A DNA stretch of 64,000 bases from an uncultured Burkholderiales bacterium. GTDB lineage: Bacteria > Pseudomonadota > Gammaproteobacteria > Burkholderiales > Burkholderiaceae_E. Both the position numbers and the translations under genes were made by a program. The stretch's first letter is position 1, and the number at the start of each line of letters is the position of its first letter. A model generated the notes under the pieces. It was not told the origin of the DNA. It saw only the letters and a program-made list of their open reading frames with translations, and ran no database searches. The stretch spans positions 5,672-69,671 of the forward strand of contig CALMSQ010000253.1 of NCBI GenBank assembly GCA_937872345.1. The letters run 5' to 3'. Shown here in pieces: positions 53,720 to 62,958 of the stretch.

Positions 53720-53989
53720 ATGGCACAGCCGAGTCCCAAGGAGTTCCACGCCAAGCTGAAGTCACGCCTCGAGGCGTGGCGCGGCGAGCAGAACTGGACT
53801 CAGCAGCAGATGGCCGACGCCCTGGGCGTCGAGTGGGAGTCCTACAAGAAGATGGAGCAGCGCGGCAGGGTGCCGCCCCACCTCTTCGAGAAGCTAGCCC
53901 TTGTGACGCACGAGACGATCGAGTGGTGGATCACAGGCCGCGGCAGGCGGCTGAGGCTCGTGAAGAACAACGAGCGACAAGGAACTTGA
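53720..53989 (+). CDS. CI-like repressor (XRE HTH only, no S24 peptidase)
   Basis: RLEAWR...WTQQQMADALGV....YKKMEQRG...IEWWITG. Confidence 0.85.
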   Translation: MAQPSPKEFHAKLKSRLEAWRGEQNWTQQQMADALGVEWESYKKMEQRGRVPPHLFEKLALVTHETIEWWITGRGRRLRLVKNNERQGT

Positions 53990-54143
53990 ATCACTGTTAC
54001 GCGGTGATGGCACTTTAGACCTCCCCCGCCAGTCGCTATATCGACTGGATAGACATCCAATACATGTTCTTTGTCATTTTTCTAGCACAAATTGCCCGCG
54101 ACTCGTGCATTGCAGGCGGCAACTGCATACGCTTCCGGCAGCG

Positions 54144-54665
54144 CTACAGATTGCAGGCCGCGCGGAGCGGCGACGCGATGTCGTCGAACCCCGCGATCGG
54201 AAAGACCAGCACCCGCTCGCCTTCGCCATAGGGCTCGGCGCCGACGACGAGCTCTGATTTCCCCGAGAGCGCGGCGACGAAGCCCTTCACGTTCCTGACC
54301 CACAGCGAGGATCGGCGGCCACCGGGTGCGGCTGTCCACTCCTCCGTGCGCAGATCGCCGGCATCGGTTTTCCACCGCACCCGGTGCGTCGCCGCGCTCC
54401 CCATGTAGGCCGGCCAGGCGACGAGTCCGTCGATCTGCCCGTTGATGCAGCGCAGCATGAAGACGCCCTGCGCGCCGGCCTTGCCCAGCGACACCATGCC
54501 GACGGTGATCCGCCGGGTGCCATCGAGCTTGCTGGTCTCGTCCTCGAGACGCCAGACCGACGGCGCCGGTGCCGGTGCCGACACCGCCTTGTCCTGGGCC
54601 GCGACGGGACCGGTCAGGCCGAGCAGGCCGACGGCCACCACCACCGCTGAAGCGATCCCTCTCAT
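54144..54665 (-). CDS. Secreted/periplasmic protein in the immunity region (VasI/TagO-like)
   Basis: Signal peptide ending VAA-Q; W...DETSKLDG, LRC..G, F...L.GKSEL...PY...F.IAGF...LRAAC. Confidence 0.7.
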   Translation of the reverse strand: MRGIASAVVVAVGLLGLTGPVAAQDKAVSAPAPAPSVWRLEDETSKLDGTRRITVGMVSLGKAGAQGVFMLRCINGQIDGLVAWPAYMGSAATHRVRWKTDAGDLRTEEWTAAPGGRRSSLWVRNVKGFVAALSGKSELVVGAEPYGEGERVLVFPIAGFDDIASPLRAACNL

Positions 54666-54765
54666 CGTGCCTCCGCGCACATGGCCCCGCGACGGAAGTG
54701 ATGCCCTCCACCGCGGCGACGTCAACCAGTTGTCAACATTGTACGTTCTTCAAATATTCACACCA

Positions 54766-54819
54766 AGGGACAATCTGTCCCTGAAAGATGTTGCGTAAGG
54801 GACAATCTGTCCCTATGGT
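54766..54819 (+). promoter_or_regulatory. OL/PL: two identical operators and the early promoter
   Basis: AGGGACAATCTGTCCCT at 54766 and 54798; TTGCGT(54791)-N17-TATGGT(54814). Confidence 0.88.
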
Positions 54820-54882
54820 TCTGCCACGACGCGCGGTGACCCCGGCAGGGATCGCGCCCCAAAGGACCGAGGCACCACCGGC

Positions 54883-55107
54883 ATGCCGACACCCAGCGAC
54901 GACGCCACCCCCGACATCGCCGCGATCGCCGCCCGCATCCGGGCCGATACCGAGGTCCTGGCGAGGGCGGCCGAGTCGGTCGCCGCGAAGGACGCCGCGC
55001 TTCTCGAGGTCGAGCGGTTCTTCGGCGACGGCTTCAGGGATGCGCTGACACCGCAGACCGCAGCGCTGAAAGCGAAGGTCCGCGCGGCCCTCGGCATGGA
55101 GCCCTGA
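54883..55107 (+). CDS. Hypothetical protein, first gene of the PL operon
   Basis: GAGG RBS; downstream of PL. Confidence 0.65.
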   Translation: MPTPSDDATPDIAAIAARIRADTEVLARAAESVAAKDAALLEVERFFGDGFRDALTPQTAALKAKVRAALGMEP

Positions 55108-55114
55108 CCGCGCG

Positions 55115-55219
55115 ATGCCGACCCGCACCAACATCGACGCCGCCATCGGCCTGATCATCGGGGTACCGATCGGCGTGGCGTTCTGGATCCCGTTTCTGAG
55201 AACGATCGGAGTCATCTGA
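55115..55219 (+). CDS. 34-aa membrane peptide
   Basis: MPTRTNIDAAIGLIIGVPIGVAFWIPFLRTIGVI; TGATG coupling. Confidence 0.55.
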   Translation: MPTRTNIDAAIGLIIGVPIGVAFWIPFLRTIGVI

Positions 55220-55458
55220 TGCCCCGCGATACCGTCGACACCCCGGCGCCGTCACCGGCGCTGACCGAGCCCTGCCGTGCCGGGCTCTGCGTCTCCCCGC
55301 ATGGCTGCGGCAACATCGGCTATTGCCGGGAGCGCAACACCGGCGCCACGCCGACGATCGCCGAGGTCCGGGCACGGCGGGACGCCGCGTCGTGGGCGGC
55401 GGCGGTGGCATGGCTCCACACCGACCTGGCAGCGCCGACGGTGGTGGTGCGGCGATGA
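55219..55458 (+). CDS. Small Cys-rich protein
   Basis: C.AGLCVSP.GC...GYCRER; coupled. Confidence 0.6.
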   Translation: MPRDTVDTPAPSPALTEPCRAGLCVSPHGCGNIGYCRERNTGATPTIAEVRARRDAASWAAAVAWLHTDLAAPTVVVRR

Positions 55459-55817
55459 CCCCCGACGTGACCGTCAGCAACTTCCGCTTCGTCGCGCTCC
55501 AGGCGGTGCCGATCCGCGGCGGACAGAACCTGACCACCTTCACCTTCCGCGACACCCCCAAGGCGAAGGCGGCCGATGCGGCGCGGGTCTGGCTGGAATG
55601 CCACGGCTTCAGCATCGGCCTCGCCGGCGATCCGCAGCGCAAGCGCGCCATCGTTCATGGCCGCTTCGTGATCCCGGGCTGGAGCGATCTCGGTGCCAGC
55701 GATCTCGCCGGCATCGATGGCCGCGTCGTCGATGGCGACGGCATCAGCGTCGTCGAGATCCTGCCCGACGCCGATGCCGAGGCCCTCGCCGTCGCCCTGG
55801 GACGCGAGGCTGCCTGA
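55455..55817 (+). CDS. Hypothetical protein
   Basis: ATGA coupling; A..WL..HGFSIG motif. Confidence 0.6.
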   Translation: MTPDVTVSNFRFVALQAVPIRGGQNLTTFTFRDTPKAKAADAARVWLECHGFSIGLAGDPQRKRAIVHGRFVIPGWSDLGASDLAGIDGRVVDGDGISVVEILPDADAEALAVALGREAA

Positions 55818-55818
55818 G

Positions 55819-56598
55819 ATGGCGCGACCTGAACCCACCGTCATCGACGACTTCACCCGCGACGTGCTGCGGCGCGTCTCGGTCCAGGGCCGTGTCGTCA
55901 CCCTGGCGGAACGGCTGCGGAAGTCCGACTTCCGCGTCGTCAGGGAGGCCGTCGAGGGCATGGGCGGCCGCTTCGACCACCGCGCCGGCGCCTTCGTCTT
56001 CGATGCCGACCCCAGCGGGCCGATCGGCAACGCCGTCGCCACCGGCCGCTTCACCGATCGCCGGATGACGCTGCAACTGGCCGAGACGCCCGAGGTCCTG
56101 GCCCACCACGTCGCCGAGCTCGCCGACATCCGACTCGGCACGCTGGTGCTCGAGCCCAGCGCCGGCACCGGCACATTGGTTCGGCAGGCGCTTGCCCTGG
56201 GCGCCGACGTCGCCGCCATCGAGCTCGACCACATCAACGTCGCGGCACTGCGGGCGATCGACGATCCCCGGCTCAGGGTCTGGCACGACGACTTCCTGCG
56301 CTGGGCGGACCGCCAGATCACCCCGATCTTCGACCGCGTCCTGATGCACCCGCCGTTCACCGGCGGCGCCGACGTCGCGCACGTCCTGGCGGCGTGGGAT
56401 CTGCTGAAGCCGGACGGCCGGCTCGTCGCGATCGTCTCGGAGTCCGCCTTCGTCTCCCCGGAGCACTTGGCCAAGCAGTTCCGGCTATGGCTCGCCGAGA
56501 GCGGCGTCGAGGACAGGCCGCTTCCCCTGTCCCTCGAGGTCGGCGGCGAGGCGGTACCGGCGCGCATCATCGTCGCCGACCGGGAGTGCCCGTCATGA
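55819..56598 (+). CDS. Class I SAM-dependent amino (N6/N4)-type DNA methyltransferase-like protein
   Basis: VLEPSAGTG, DDFL, FDRVLMHPPF (NPPF variant) and LKPDGRLVAI. Confidence 0.82.
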   Translation: MARPEPTVIDDFTRDVLRRVSVQGRVVTLAERLRKSDFRVVREAVEGMGGRFDHRAGAFVFDADPSGPIGNAVATGRFTDRRMTLQLAETPEVLAHHVAELADIRLGTLVLEPSAGTGTLVRQALALGADVAAIELDHINVAALRAIDDPRLRVWHDDFLRWADRQITPIFDRVLMHPPFTGGADVAHVLAAWDLLKPDGRLVAIVSESAFVSPEHLAKQFRLWLAESGVEDRPLPLSLEVGGEAVPARIIVADRECPS

Positions 56599-56858
56599 AG
56601 CCGGCGATCCGGGATCTCCTCCTCTCCACATACGCGGCCAGCACTTTCACTGTCGTGGTGACGGGGTTGCGCGAAAGCTGCGGTTGGCCGGGGGCGGTAC
56701 TGATCGGCGCGCTTCTCACGGCCGGCGTGGCCGGTGCGGCCATCGTGCTGCGCTTCCTGCTCTGCATCGTCGTCGTCTGGCTCGAGCGGCGCACCGAAGC
56801 GCGCCGCCGGCGGGTCGTCGACGCCGCCATCGACCAGCATTTCGGGAAGAAGCCGTGA
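56595..56858 (+). CDS. Small membrane protein
   Basis: Hydrophobic segments; coupled on both sides. Confidence 0.55.
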   Translation: MKPAIRDLLLSTYAASTFTVVVTGLRESCGWPGAVLIGALLTAGVAGAAIVLRFLLCIVVVWLERRTEARRRRVVDAAIDQHFGKKP

Positions 56859-58588
56859 CCGATCATCCCCTGGTGCCGCATCTCGACCAGCGGGTCGCCA
56901 TCGTCGGCCAGTCCGGCAGCGGCAAGACCTACACCGCGCGCGGTGCCGTTGAAGCCGCCAGCGCCGCCGGGCATCGCCTCTGCGTCATCGACCCGCTCGA
57001 CGTCTGGTGGGGACTGGGCGCCGGGGAAGACGGCAGCCCGCTCGAGGGCCGCCCGGTGATCTTCGGCGGGCGACACGCCGACGTGCCGATCACCGAGGAG
57101 TCCGGCGCCATCGTCGGCCGCGTCATCGCGGGATCGCGGGAAAGCAGCATCGTCAGCCTGGGCGGCTTCGGGTCCGACGCCTCGTTGCGCCGCTTCTGCG
57201 ACGCCTTCCTCGAGGCGCTCTTCGACCACAACCGCGCGCCGCTGCTGCTGGTCGTCGACGAGGCCGACATCCTGGCGCCGCAGAACCCGCAGAAGGGCTT
57301 CGAGCGCCTGCTCGGGCGGATGCAGAACATCGTGCGCCGCGGCCGCGTCCTCGGGCTCGTTCCCTGGCTGATCACCCAGCGGCCGGCGGTGCTGTCCAAG
57401 GACGTGCTGAGCCAAGCCGAGGTCCTGGTGTCGATGAACCTGAAGATCAAGCACGACCGCGACGCCATCGGCGGCTGGATCCAGGGCAACGCCGACAAGG
57501 AAACCGGCGACAGGATCCTCGGCGAGCTGCCCAGGCTGCCGGTCGGCACGGGCTACATCTGGGCGCCGGCCGAGGAGCGGCTCGAGCGCGTCGAGTTTCC
57601 GCGCATCGTCACCTTCGATTCGAGCCGGACCCCGAAGCGCGGCGAGTCGATCGCCGACGTCTCCCTGCGGCCGCTCGACGTCGGGGCGATCACCGCGGCG
57701 ATCGCCGCCATCACCGACCAGGCGCCGTCGCAGCAGGCGACACAGCGCCAGCGCGCCATGCGGGCCACCACCGCCATCCTCGACGCCGAGGAGGTGAACC
57801 GGCAGGTCTACGAGGAAGGCCACGCGATCGGCTATCGCATCGGCCACGCCGCCGGCATGCTGCGCGCGTTCGAGATCGCGACCGGGCATCTCGAGACCCT
57901 GCGGCGCCAGTTCAACGGGCTCGCCGGCGACGTCGAGGCGCTGCTTGCCGCCACTCCCACCGATTCCGCCATCGATGTTCCGCCGGCGTCCCCTCCGGCG
58001 GCAGCGGCCGGGCCGCGCAAGACTTCAACGACGCGCCCGGTCGCTGCCACTCCCCCTGCCAAGCCGCAGCCGCCGGCGAAGGTCGGCCAGCCCGCGGATG
58101 GCGTGACGCCGACGCAGCAGCGCGTCATCAACGCGATCGGCTGGTGGCGGGCGATGGGCCAGCATCCCGTCGAGCGACTCAAGGCGTGCGTCGTCGCCGG
58201 CTATTCGCCGAAGGCGTCGACCTACGGTGTCTACATCAGCGAGTTGGTGAAGAGCGGTTACGTCGAGGTCAGCCCGGGCAAGGTCGGCCTGACGGCCAAG
58301 GGCATCGCGGCCGCCATCGTGCCACCGACCCAGACCCGGCAGCAGATCCGCGCCGCGGTGGCCGACCTGCTGGAACCGCAGGAGCGCCGCGTCTTCGACG
58401 CCATCTACGCCGCGTATCCCGGCGAGATCAGCCGCAAGGCCTTGGCCGAGCAGCTCGGTCTCTCGCCCACGGCTTCCACGCTTGGCGTCTACATCAGCGG
58501 CGTCTCGGCTTACCGCGTCGTCGAGACCAGCTCGCCCGGCCATGTGCGCGCCGCGGCCTGGCTGTTCCCGACCAAGGGAGGGCGCTGA
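56855..58588 (+). CDS. HerA/FtsK-like (DUF87) ATPase with C-terminal winged-helix repeats
   Basis: Walker A GQSGSGKT, IDPLDVWWGL, Walker B LVVDEAD, RRGR..G and ITQRPA; two duplicated xASTxGVYIS repeats. Confidence 0.85.
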   Translation: MTDHPLVPHLDQRVAIVGQSGSGKTYTARGAVEAASAAGHRLCVIDPLDVWWGLGAGEDGSPLEGRPVIFGGRHADVPITEESGAIVGRVIAGSRESSIVSLGGFGSDASLRRFCDAFLEALFDHNRAPLLLVVDEADILAPQNPQKGFERLLGRMQNIVRRGRVLGLVPWLITQRPAVLSKDVLSQAEVLVSMNLKIKHDRDAIGGWIQGNADKETGDRILGELPRLPVGTGYIWAPAEERLERVEFPRIVTFDSSRTPKRGESIADVSLRPLDVGAITAAIAAITDQAPSQQATQRQRAMRATTAILDAEEVNRQVYEEGHAIGYRIGHAAGMLRAFEIATGHLETLRRQFNGLAGDVEALLAATPTDSAIDVPPASPPAAAAGPRKTSTTRPVAATPPAKPQPPAKVGQPADGVTPTQQRVINAIGWWRAMGQHPVERLKACVVAGYSPKASTYGVYISELVKSGYVEVSPGKVGLTAKGIAAAIVPPTQTRQQIRAAVADLLEPQERRVFDAIYAAYPGEISRKALAEQLGLSPTASTLGVYISGVSAYRVVETSSPGHVRAAAWLFPTKGGR

Positions 58589-58590
58589 CC

Positions 58591-58851
58591 ATGGACCACG
58601 CCAATGCCATCGCCCGGCTGATCGCGTCCGTCATGAATACCTACAGCGACGACAAGGCCTTCCTGCCCCAGGCGCTCGAGCAGGCCACCGACGCCTACGT
58701 GTCGGGGATGAAGAAGGCGGTCGCCGCCGCCGACGAGATGCCGCCGACCAGGAGCGAGCGACTCACCGAGCGCATCGCCCTCGGCCTCGAGAGCCTCGAG
58801 AAGCTCGCCGCGATGATGGAGCGCGCGATGCAGCGGGAGATGTCGTCATGA
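58591..58851 (+). CDS. Hypothetical protein
   Basis: GGGAGG RBS; helical. Confidence 0.65.
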   Translation: MDHANAIARLIASVMNTYSDDKAFLPQALEQATDAYVSGMKKAVAAADEMPPTRSERLTERIALGLESLEKLAAMMERAMQREMSS

Positions 58852-59234
58852 GCTGGCGCAAGCTGGTCGAGATCAACTGTGATCGCCGGCCCCGCGACGC
58901 CAGCGGGATGCTGTCCTTCGCGGAAAGGCTATGGGACTTCATGGGCTCTGGCGACCACAGGTCGCTGCCCGACGGCGTCACCTTCATCCAGTCCCGCCAC
59001 CACTCCGAATCGTCGCCGACCGGCTGGACGCCGCCGCAGGCGCGCGAGCACGGCTACCGCTGTCTCGGCCTTGTCGGCGGCGAGTGGCGCGGCGTGACAT
59101 GGCAGAGCGAGCCCCAGCACGTCTGGGGGAAACCGTACTGGAGCGCCGATGGCTGGAAGCCGACGCGCAGCCGCGCCTTCCAGCCCACGGCGTTCGCACC
59201 CTTTCCGACGACCGACAACAAAGGAGCAGGCTGA
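58848..59234 (+). CDS. Hypothetical Trp-rich protein
   Basis: ATGA coupling. Confidence 0.6.
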   Translation: MSWRKLVEINCDRRPRDASGMLSFAERLWDFMGSGDHRSLPDGVTFIQSRHHSESSPTGWTPPQAREHGYRCLGLVGGEWRGVTWQSEPQHVWGKPYWSADGWKPTRSRAFQPTAFAPFPTTDNKGAG

Positions 59235-59235
59235 C

Positions 59236-59805
59236 ATGGGGACTCGACCATCACCAGCGCGCAAGAATTGGAAGGCGGACGCCACCAGGCTCTGCGGTCT
59301 CTTCGGCGAGATCGCCAGCGCCTGTGGCCTGAAGGCCGCGACCTATGACGAAGCTGTCGCCGCCGTGAAGCAGATGGCGATCGACCTGAGTGGAGCGGAT
59401 AACAACCTGTCGAGGATGTCGCAGGCGCTCGGCGATCTGGAGTCCCGACACAAGAAGTTGGCCGGCGCCTCCAAGCGCATCCAGGCACGCAACGAGCAGC
59501 TCGCCGACCTGACGCGAGAAGCCGACGCCATCATCGTCGCCCTCTCCGCCCTCCTGCCCGTGGGCGCCCATGCCAGGGCGCTCGAGGAGCGGAAGGCCCG
59601 GCAAAACACGATGATGAGTGGAATAGGCAGCAGCGGGTTGTTCGGGGCGTCCATCCGTAACGAACCGCCGCCACCACCGCCCCTCGCCGAGGAGCAGGCC
59701 CACGACCTCGGTGCCGATGCGCTGAACCTCGCCAGGACATGGCGCCAAAGCCTGACCAAGCTCGCTGCGACCGAAGTCGCGGACTCCGAAGAGATCCCGT
59801 TCTGA
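59236..59805 (+). CDS. Coiled-coil protein with SSB-like acidic C-terminus
   Basis: AAGGAG RBS; ends DSEEIPF. Confidence 0.65.
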   Translation: MGTRPSPARKNWKADATRLCGLFGEIASACGLKAATYDEAVAAVKQMAIDLSGADNNLSRMSQALGDLESRHKKLAGASKRIQARNEQLADLTREADAIIVALSALLPVGAHARALEERKARQNTMMSGIGSSGLFGASIRNEPPPPPPLAEEQAHDLGADALNLARTWRQSLTKLAATEVADSEEIPF

Positions 59806-60092
59806 TGGCCGCCATGCCGCAGCGCGACGCCGACAACGGACTGAAGAAGGCGCGGCTCGCCATCCACGACGCCGCGACGGCGCTGATGGGCGATCCGGCG
59901 GTTCATCCCGGCGTCATCGGTGCCGCCCTGGCCGACGAGCTCGCCTGGATCGTCGCGTACTTCGTCAAGGAGGGCAAAGGCCCTCACCAGATCGAAGCGC
60001 TCTGCCAACAGATCCGCGACCAGTACCCGCGCTACGCCACCGACCCGAACCTCCTGCGCCCCGATCTCTGGGGTTCTTCCCTGCCAACCTGA
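59805..60092 (+). CDS. Hypothetical protein
   Basis: TGATG coupling. Confidence 0.6.
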   Translation: MAAMPQRDADNGLKKARLAIHDAATALMGDPAVHPGVIGAALADELAWIVAYFVKEGKGPHQIEALCQQIRDQYPRYATDPNLLRPDLWGSSLPT

Positions 60093-60099
60093 GAACTCC

Positions 60100-61185
60100 A
60101 TGGCCGATAACAGCAACATCGAATGGACCGACGCTTCGTGGAATCCCGTGCGCGGCTGCACGCGCGTCTCGCCGGGCTGCGGTGGCCCCAATCATCAGGG
60201 CGGCTGCTACGCCGAGAAGATCGCCGCCCGCTTCTCCGATCCCGGCCAGCCCTTCCACGGCTTCGCGAAACGCACGAAGCACGGCGGTGCCTGGACCGGC
60301 AAGCTGGCGCTGATCGACGACATGCTGACGGTACCGCTGCGGTGGAAGAAGCCGCGGCGCATCTTCGTCAACAGCATGTCGGACCTGTTCCACGAGAACC
60401 TGCCCGACGAAGCGATCGACAAGGTGTTCGCCGTCATGGCGCTCTGCCCGCAGCACACGTTCCAGGTGCTGACGAAGCGTAGCGCGCGGATGCGGGCGTG
60501 GTTCGCCGAGCGATGGCAGGCGACTCCGGCTCAGCGCCTCGACCTTGGCGGTGGCGACAGCATCGACATGCCGGGGGGCGAAGAGACCGGCCGCGAGCAT
60601 GAAGTCGAGCAAGCCTGCGAGCACATCTTCAAGCTCATCCCGGCAATGGTCGACACCAACAACGACAAGCTGTGGACCGATGACGGCAGCCTGAAGTGTC
60701 GCCAGTTCGCCTGGCCGCTGCCCAACGTCTGGCTCGGCGTCTCCGTCGAGGACCAGGAGCGCGCCGACGAGCGCATCCCCGATTTGCTGGAGACGCCGGC
60801 GGCGGTTCGGTTCCTGTCGTGCGAGCCGCTGCTGGGTCCGGTCGATCTGCTCGGAACGCTGGCACGGTGGCAGGACCGCCCAGAAACGCAGGCGGCATGG
60901 CGCGATGGTCGCTCGCAGTACCGCGCCGGCGACAGGTTGATCGACTGGGTAATCACCGGCGGGGAGAGCGGCTCGAAGTCGAGGCCCGCGCACCCTGATT
61001 GGTTCCGCTTGCTGCGCGACCAATGCGCCGCCGCCATGGTCCCGTTCTTCTTCAAGCAGTGGGGCGCCTTCGCCCCCATGGGCGGGCCGCCGGACAATCC
61101 GCGCCGGGATCGGATGGTCGAGGTCGGCAAGAAGCGCGCCGGCGCCCTTCTTGACGGTGTCGAGCACCGGGAGTTCCCGCGATGA
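60100..61185 (+). CDS. DUF5131 / phage Gp37-Gp68 family protein (radical-SAM-like)
   Basis: IEWTDASWNPVRGCTRVSPGC..CYAE, IFVNSMSDLFHE, FLSCEPLLG, WVITGGESG and FFFKQWG. Confidence 0.92.
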   Translation: MADNSNIEWTDASWNPVRGCTRVSPGCGGPNHQGGCYAEKIAARFSDPGQPFHGFAKRTKHGGAWTGKLALIDDMLTVPLRWKKPRRIFVNSMSDLFHENLPDEAIDKVFAVMALCPQHTFQVLTKRSARMRAWFAERWQATPAQRLDLGGGDSIDMPGGEETGREHEVEQACEHIFKLIPAMVDTNNDKLWTDDGSLKCRQFAWPLPNVWLGVSVEDQERADERIPDLLETPAAVRFLSCEPLLGPVDLLGTLARWQDRPETQAAWRDGRSQYRAGDRLIDWVITGGESGSKSRPAHPDWFRLLRDQCAAAMVPFFFKQWGAFAPMGGPPDNPRRDRMVEVGKKRAGALLDGVEHREFPR

Positions 61186-61481
61186 AGATTACCTGGTCGC
61201 TCGCCAGTCCCGACGACCCCGGTTTCCAGACCAAAGGCGCCCAGATCTGGAAGACGACGACGATCGGGGATCTCGATCTCGCCAACGACGAGGCCGGCAT
61301 CGACGTCGCCCGGGAGCTCGCGGAGCGCTACTTCACCAACGACCGCTGGGCGCAGCACATCGGCGATGACACCAGCGAGACCTGCTTCATCGAGATCCAC
61401 ATGCCGGCCGAGATCAAGGGCCGCTTCGAGATCGACCTCGAGCGCAGGATCCACGCCGCGGCGCGGAAGATGCCGGCATGA
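61182..61481 (+). CDS. Hypothetical protein
   Basis: Coupled on both sides. Confidence 0.65.
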   Translation: MKITWSLASPDDPGFQTKGAQIWKTTTIGDLDLANDEAGIDVARELAERYFTNDRWAQHIGDDTSETCFIEIHMPAEIKGRFEIDLERRIHAAARKMPA

Positions 61482-62344
61482 CCGCGATCCCCGTTGCCGC
61501 CATCGGGCGCCTCAACGCCTTTGCCCGGACGCCGAACCACTGGGGCGAGGGCCTGCGCAACGCGATCTATGCCTACAAGATGCTCGCCACCTCCGTGCTG
61601 CTGGCGGAGGGCAGGGCGACGCTGCGGTTCGTGAAGTGGACCGGCAAGTGCCGGAACTGCACCGACGGCCGCTGGGCCGGCGCGTTCTGGCGGGACGGCC
61701 AGAACGTCGCCTGCGATCGCTGCCGCGGCACCGGCATCCGCACGCTGCGCTTCACCGAAGCCACCCTCGAAGATGGCCAGATCTGGCACCACCCCTGGGA
61801 GGGCAGGACATCGCCCGGGATGAACCTGGCGCAGCAGGCCGGCTTCGAGTACCGCGATGACGCCTGGCGGACCGCCGATGGCGCCGCGATGAGCTGGCAG
61901 GACGCCGGCGAGTGGCAGCCCCTGCAGCCGGGCCAGGCGCGGCCCCTCGACGATGTCGTCACCGACCTCAACGAGGTCGAGGACTGGGTCGAGGCCGGCA
62001 CGACGCCACCGTGGCCCAGGCCCTGCCACTGGCAATGGAAAGAGGCGAAGCGGAACCTGTGCCAGCAGCAGCACCGCAGGGTGATCGGCACGCCGAGCCA
62101 CGCCTACGCGATCGACCTCGGTCGTTCCCCCGATGGCTGCTTCGTGTGCGGCCGCAAGGATGATCTCGCCGGCTTCACGGTCGGTCGCCTCACGCGCTTC
62201 TTCCATTGGGTGCTGCCGGTCTGCAGTTCGCACGACGCCGCGCGGCCGAACTCCGAGCTCAAGGACGTGGTGCCGGACTCCCTGATGACGCCACCGGTCC
62301 GCCGCTGGCTGGAGCGGCACCAACGCGTGGAGATCTACGGATGA
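61478..62344 (+). CDS. Zn-finger-containing hypothetical protein
   Basis: CRNCTDG / CDRCRGTG (DnaJ-type) and CFVC / CSSH motifs. Confidence 0.7.
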   Translation: MTAIPVAAIGRLNAFARTPNHWGEGLRNAIYAYKMLATSVLLAEGRATLRFVKWTGKCRNCTDGRWAGAFWRDGQNVACDRCRGTGIRTLRFTEATLEDGQIWHHPWEGRTSPGMNLAQQAGFEYRDDAWRTADGAAMSWQDAGEWQPLQPGQARPLDDVVTDLNEVEDWVEAGTTPPWPRPCHWQWKEAKRNLCQQQHRRVIGTPSHAYAIDLGRSPDGCFVCGRKDDLAGFTVGRLTRFFHWVLPVCSSHDAARPNSELKDVVPDSLMTPPVRRWLERHQRVEIYG

Positions 62345-62958
62345 CGTGCGCCCATCCCTGGCTCGAGGATTTGCCGCACGAGCGCCCTGCCATGCTGGCG
62401 GAGCGTCAGCGGCTTCTCGACTTCAAGCTCGGTCCCGAGCCGACGATCAGCCCGGACCAGGAGAGAAGGCTCGCCGCGATCTGCTACGGCCTCGACATCC
62501 TCGAGCTGCGCGACCGCCGGGAAGCCGAACTGCTCGCGGCCAACAACGCGATGCTGAAGCGCGCCCGCAAGGCCGAAGCCTGGGTCAGCATGTTGACGAT
62601 GAACCGCGACATGCTGACTCCGGAGGCCGCCGACGCCATCCACGCCGCGATCACGGACCGCGTCTTCACGGCGCTGGGCATCCTCGGCGGCGCCGACGTC
62701 CGCAGCTCCGGTGACGCGACCTTGACCCAGTTCGTCGCGGCGATCGCCCGCAAGCATTGCGAGAACGCCGCCGCCAAGCGCGGCGAGAACGGCGGCACCG
62801 TTGTCAGCGTGATCCCGTCGGACCTCCAGATCGCGGCCGCCTTCATCCTCGAGAACAGCCACCGCGCGCCGACCGGCGCCCTGGCCGCCGCGCCAGATCC
62901 CCGTAATCCCAAGAAACTCATCGCCGTCGCTGTCGTGCCGGCAGGGAAGCGCGCCTGA
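62341..62958 (+). CDS. Hypothetical protein
   Basis: ELLAANN..L.RAR.AE coiled-coil motif; coupled. Confidence 0.65.
   Translation: MTCAHPWLEDLPHERPAMLAERQRLLDFKLGPEPTISPDQERRLAAICYGLDILELRDRREAELLAANNAMLKRARKAEAWVSMLTMNRDMLTPEAADAIHAAITDRVFTALGILGGADVRSSGDATLTQFVAAIARKHCENAAAKRGENGGTVVSVIPSDLQIAAAFILENSHRAPTGALAAAPDPRNPKKLIAVAVVPAGKRA

Noticed and set aside
54066-54080. Second LexA box downstream of CI
   Set aside because: GTTC-N7-TTTT has two mismatches in the second half-site; too degenerate
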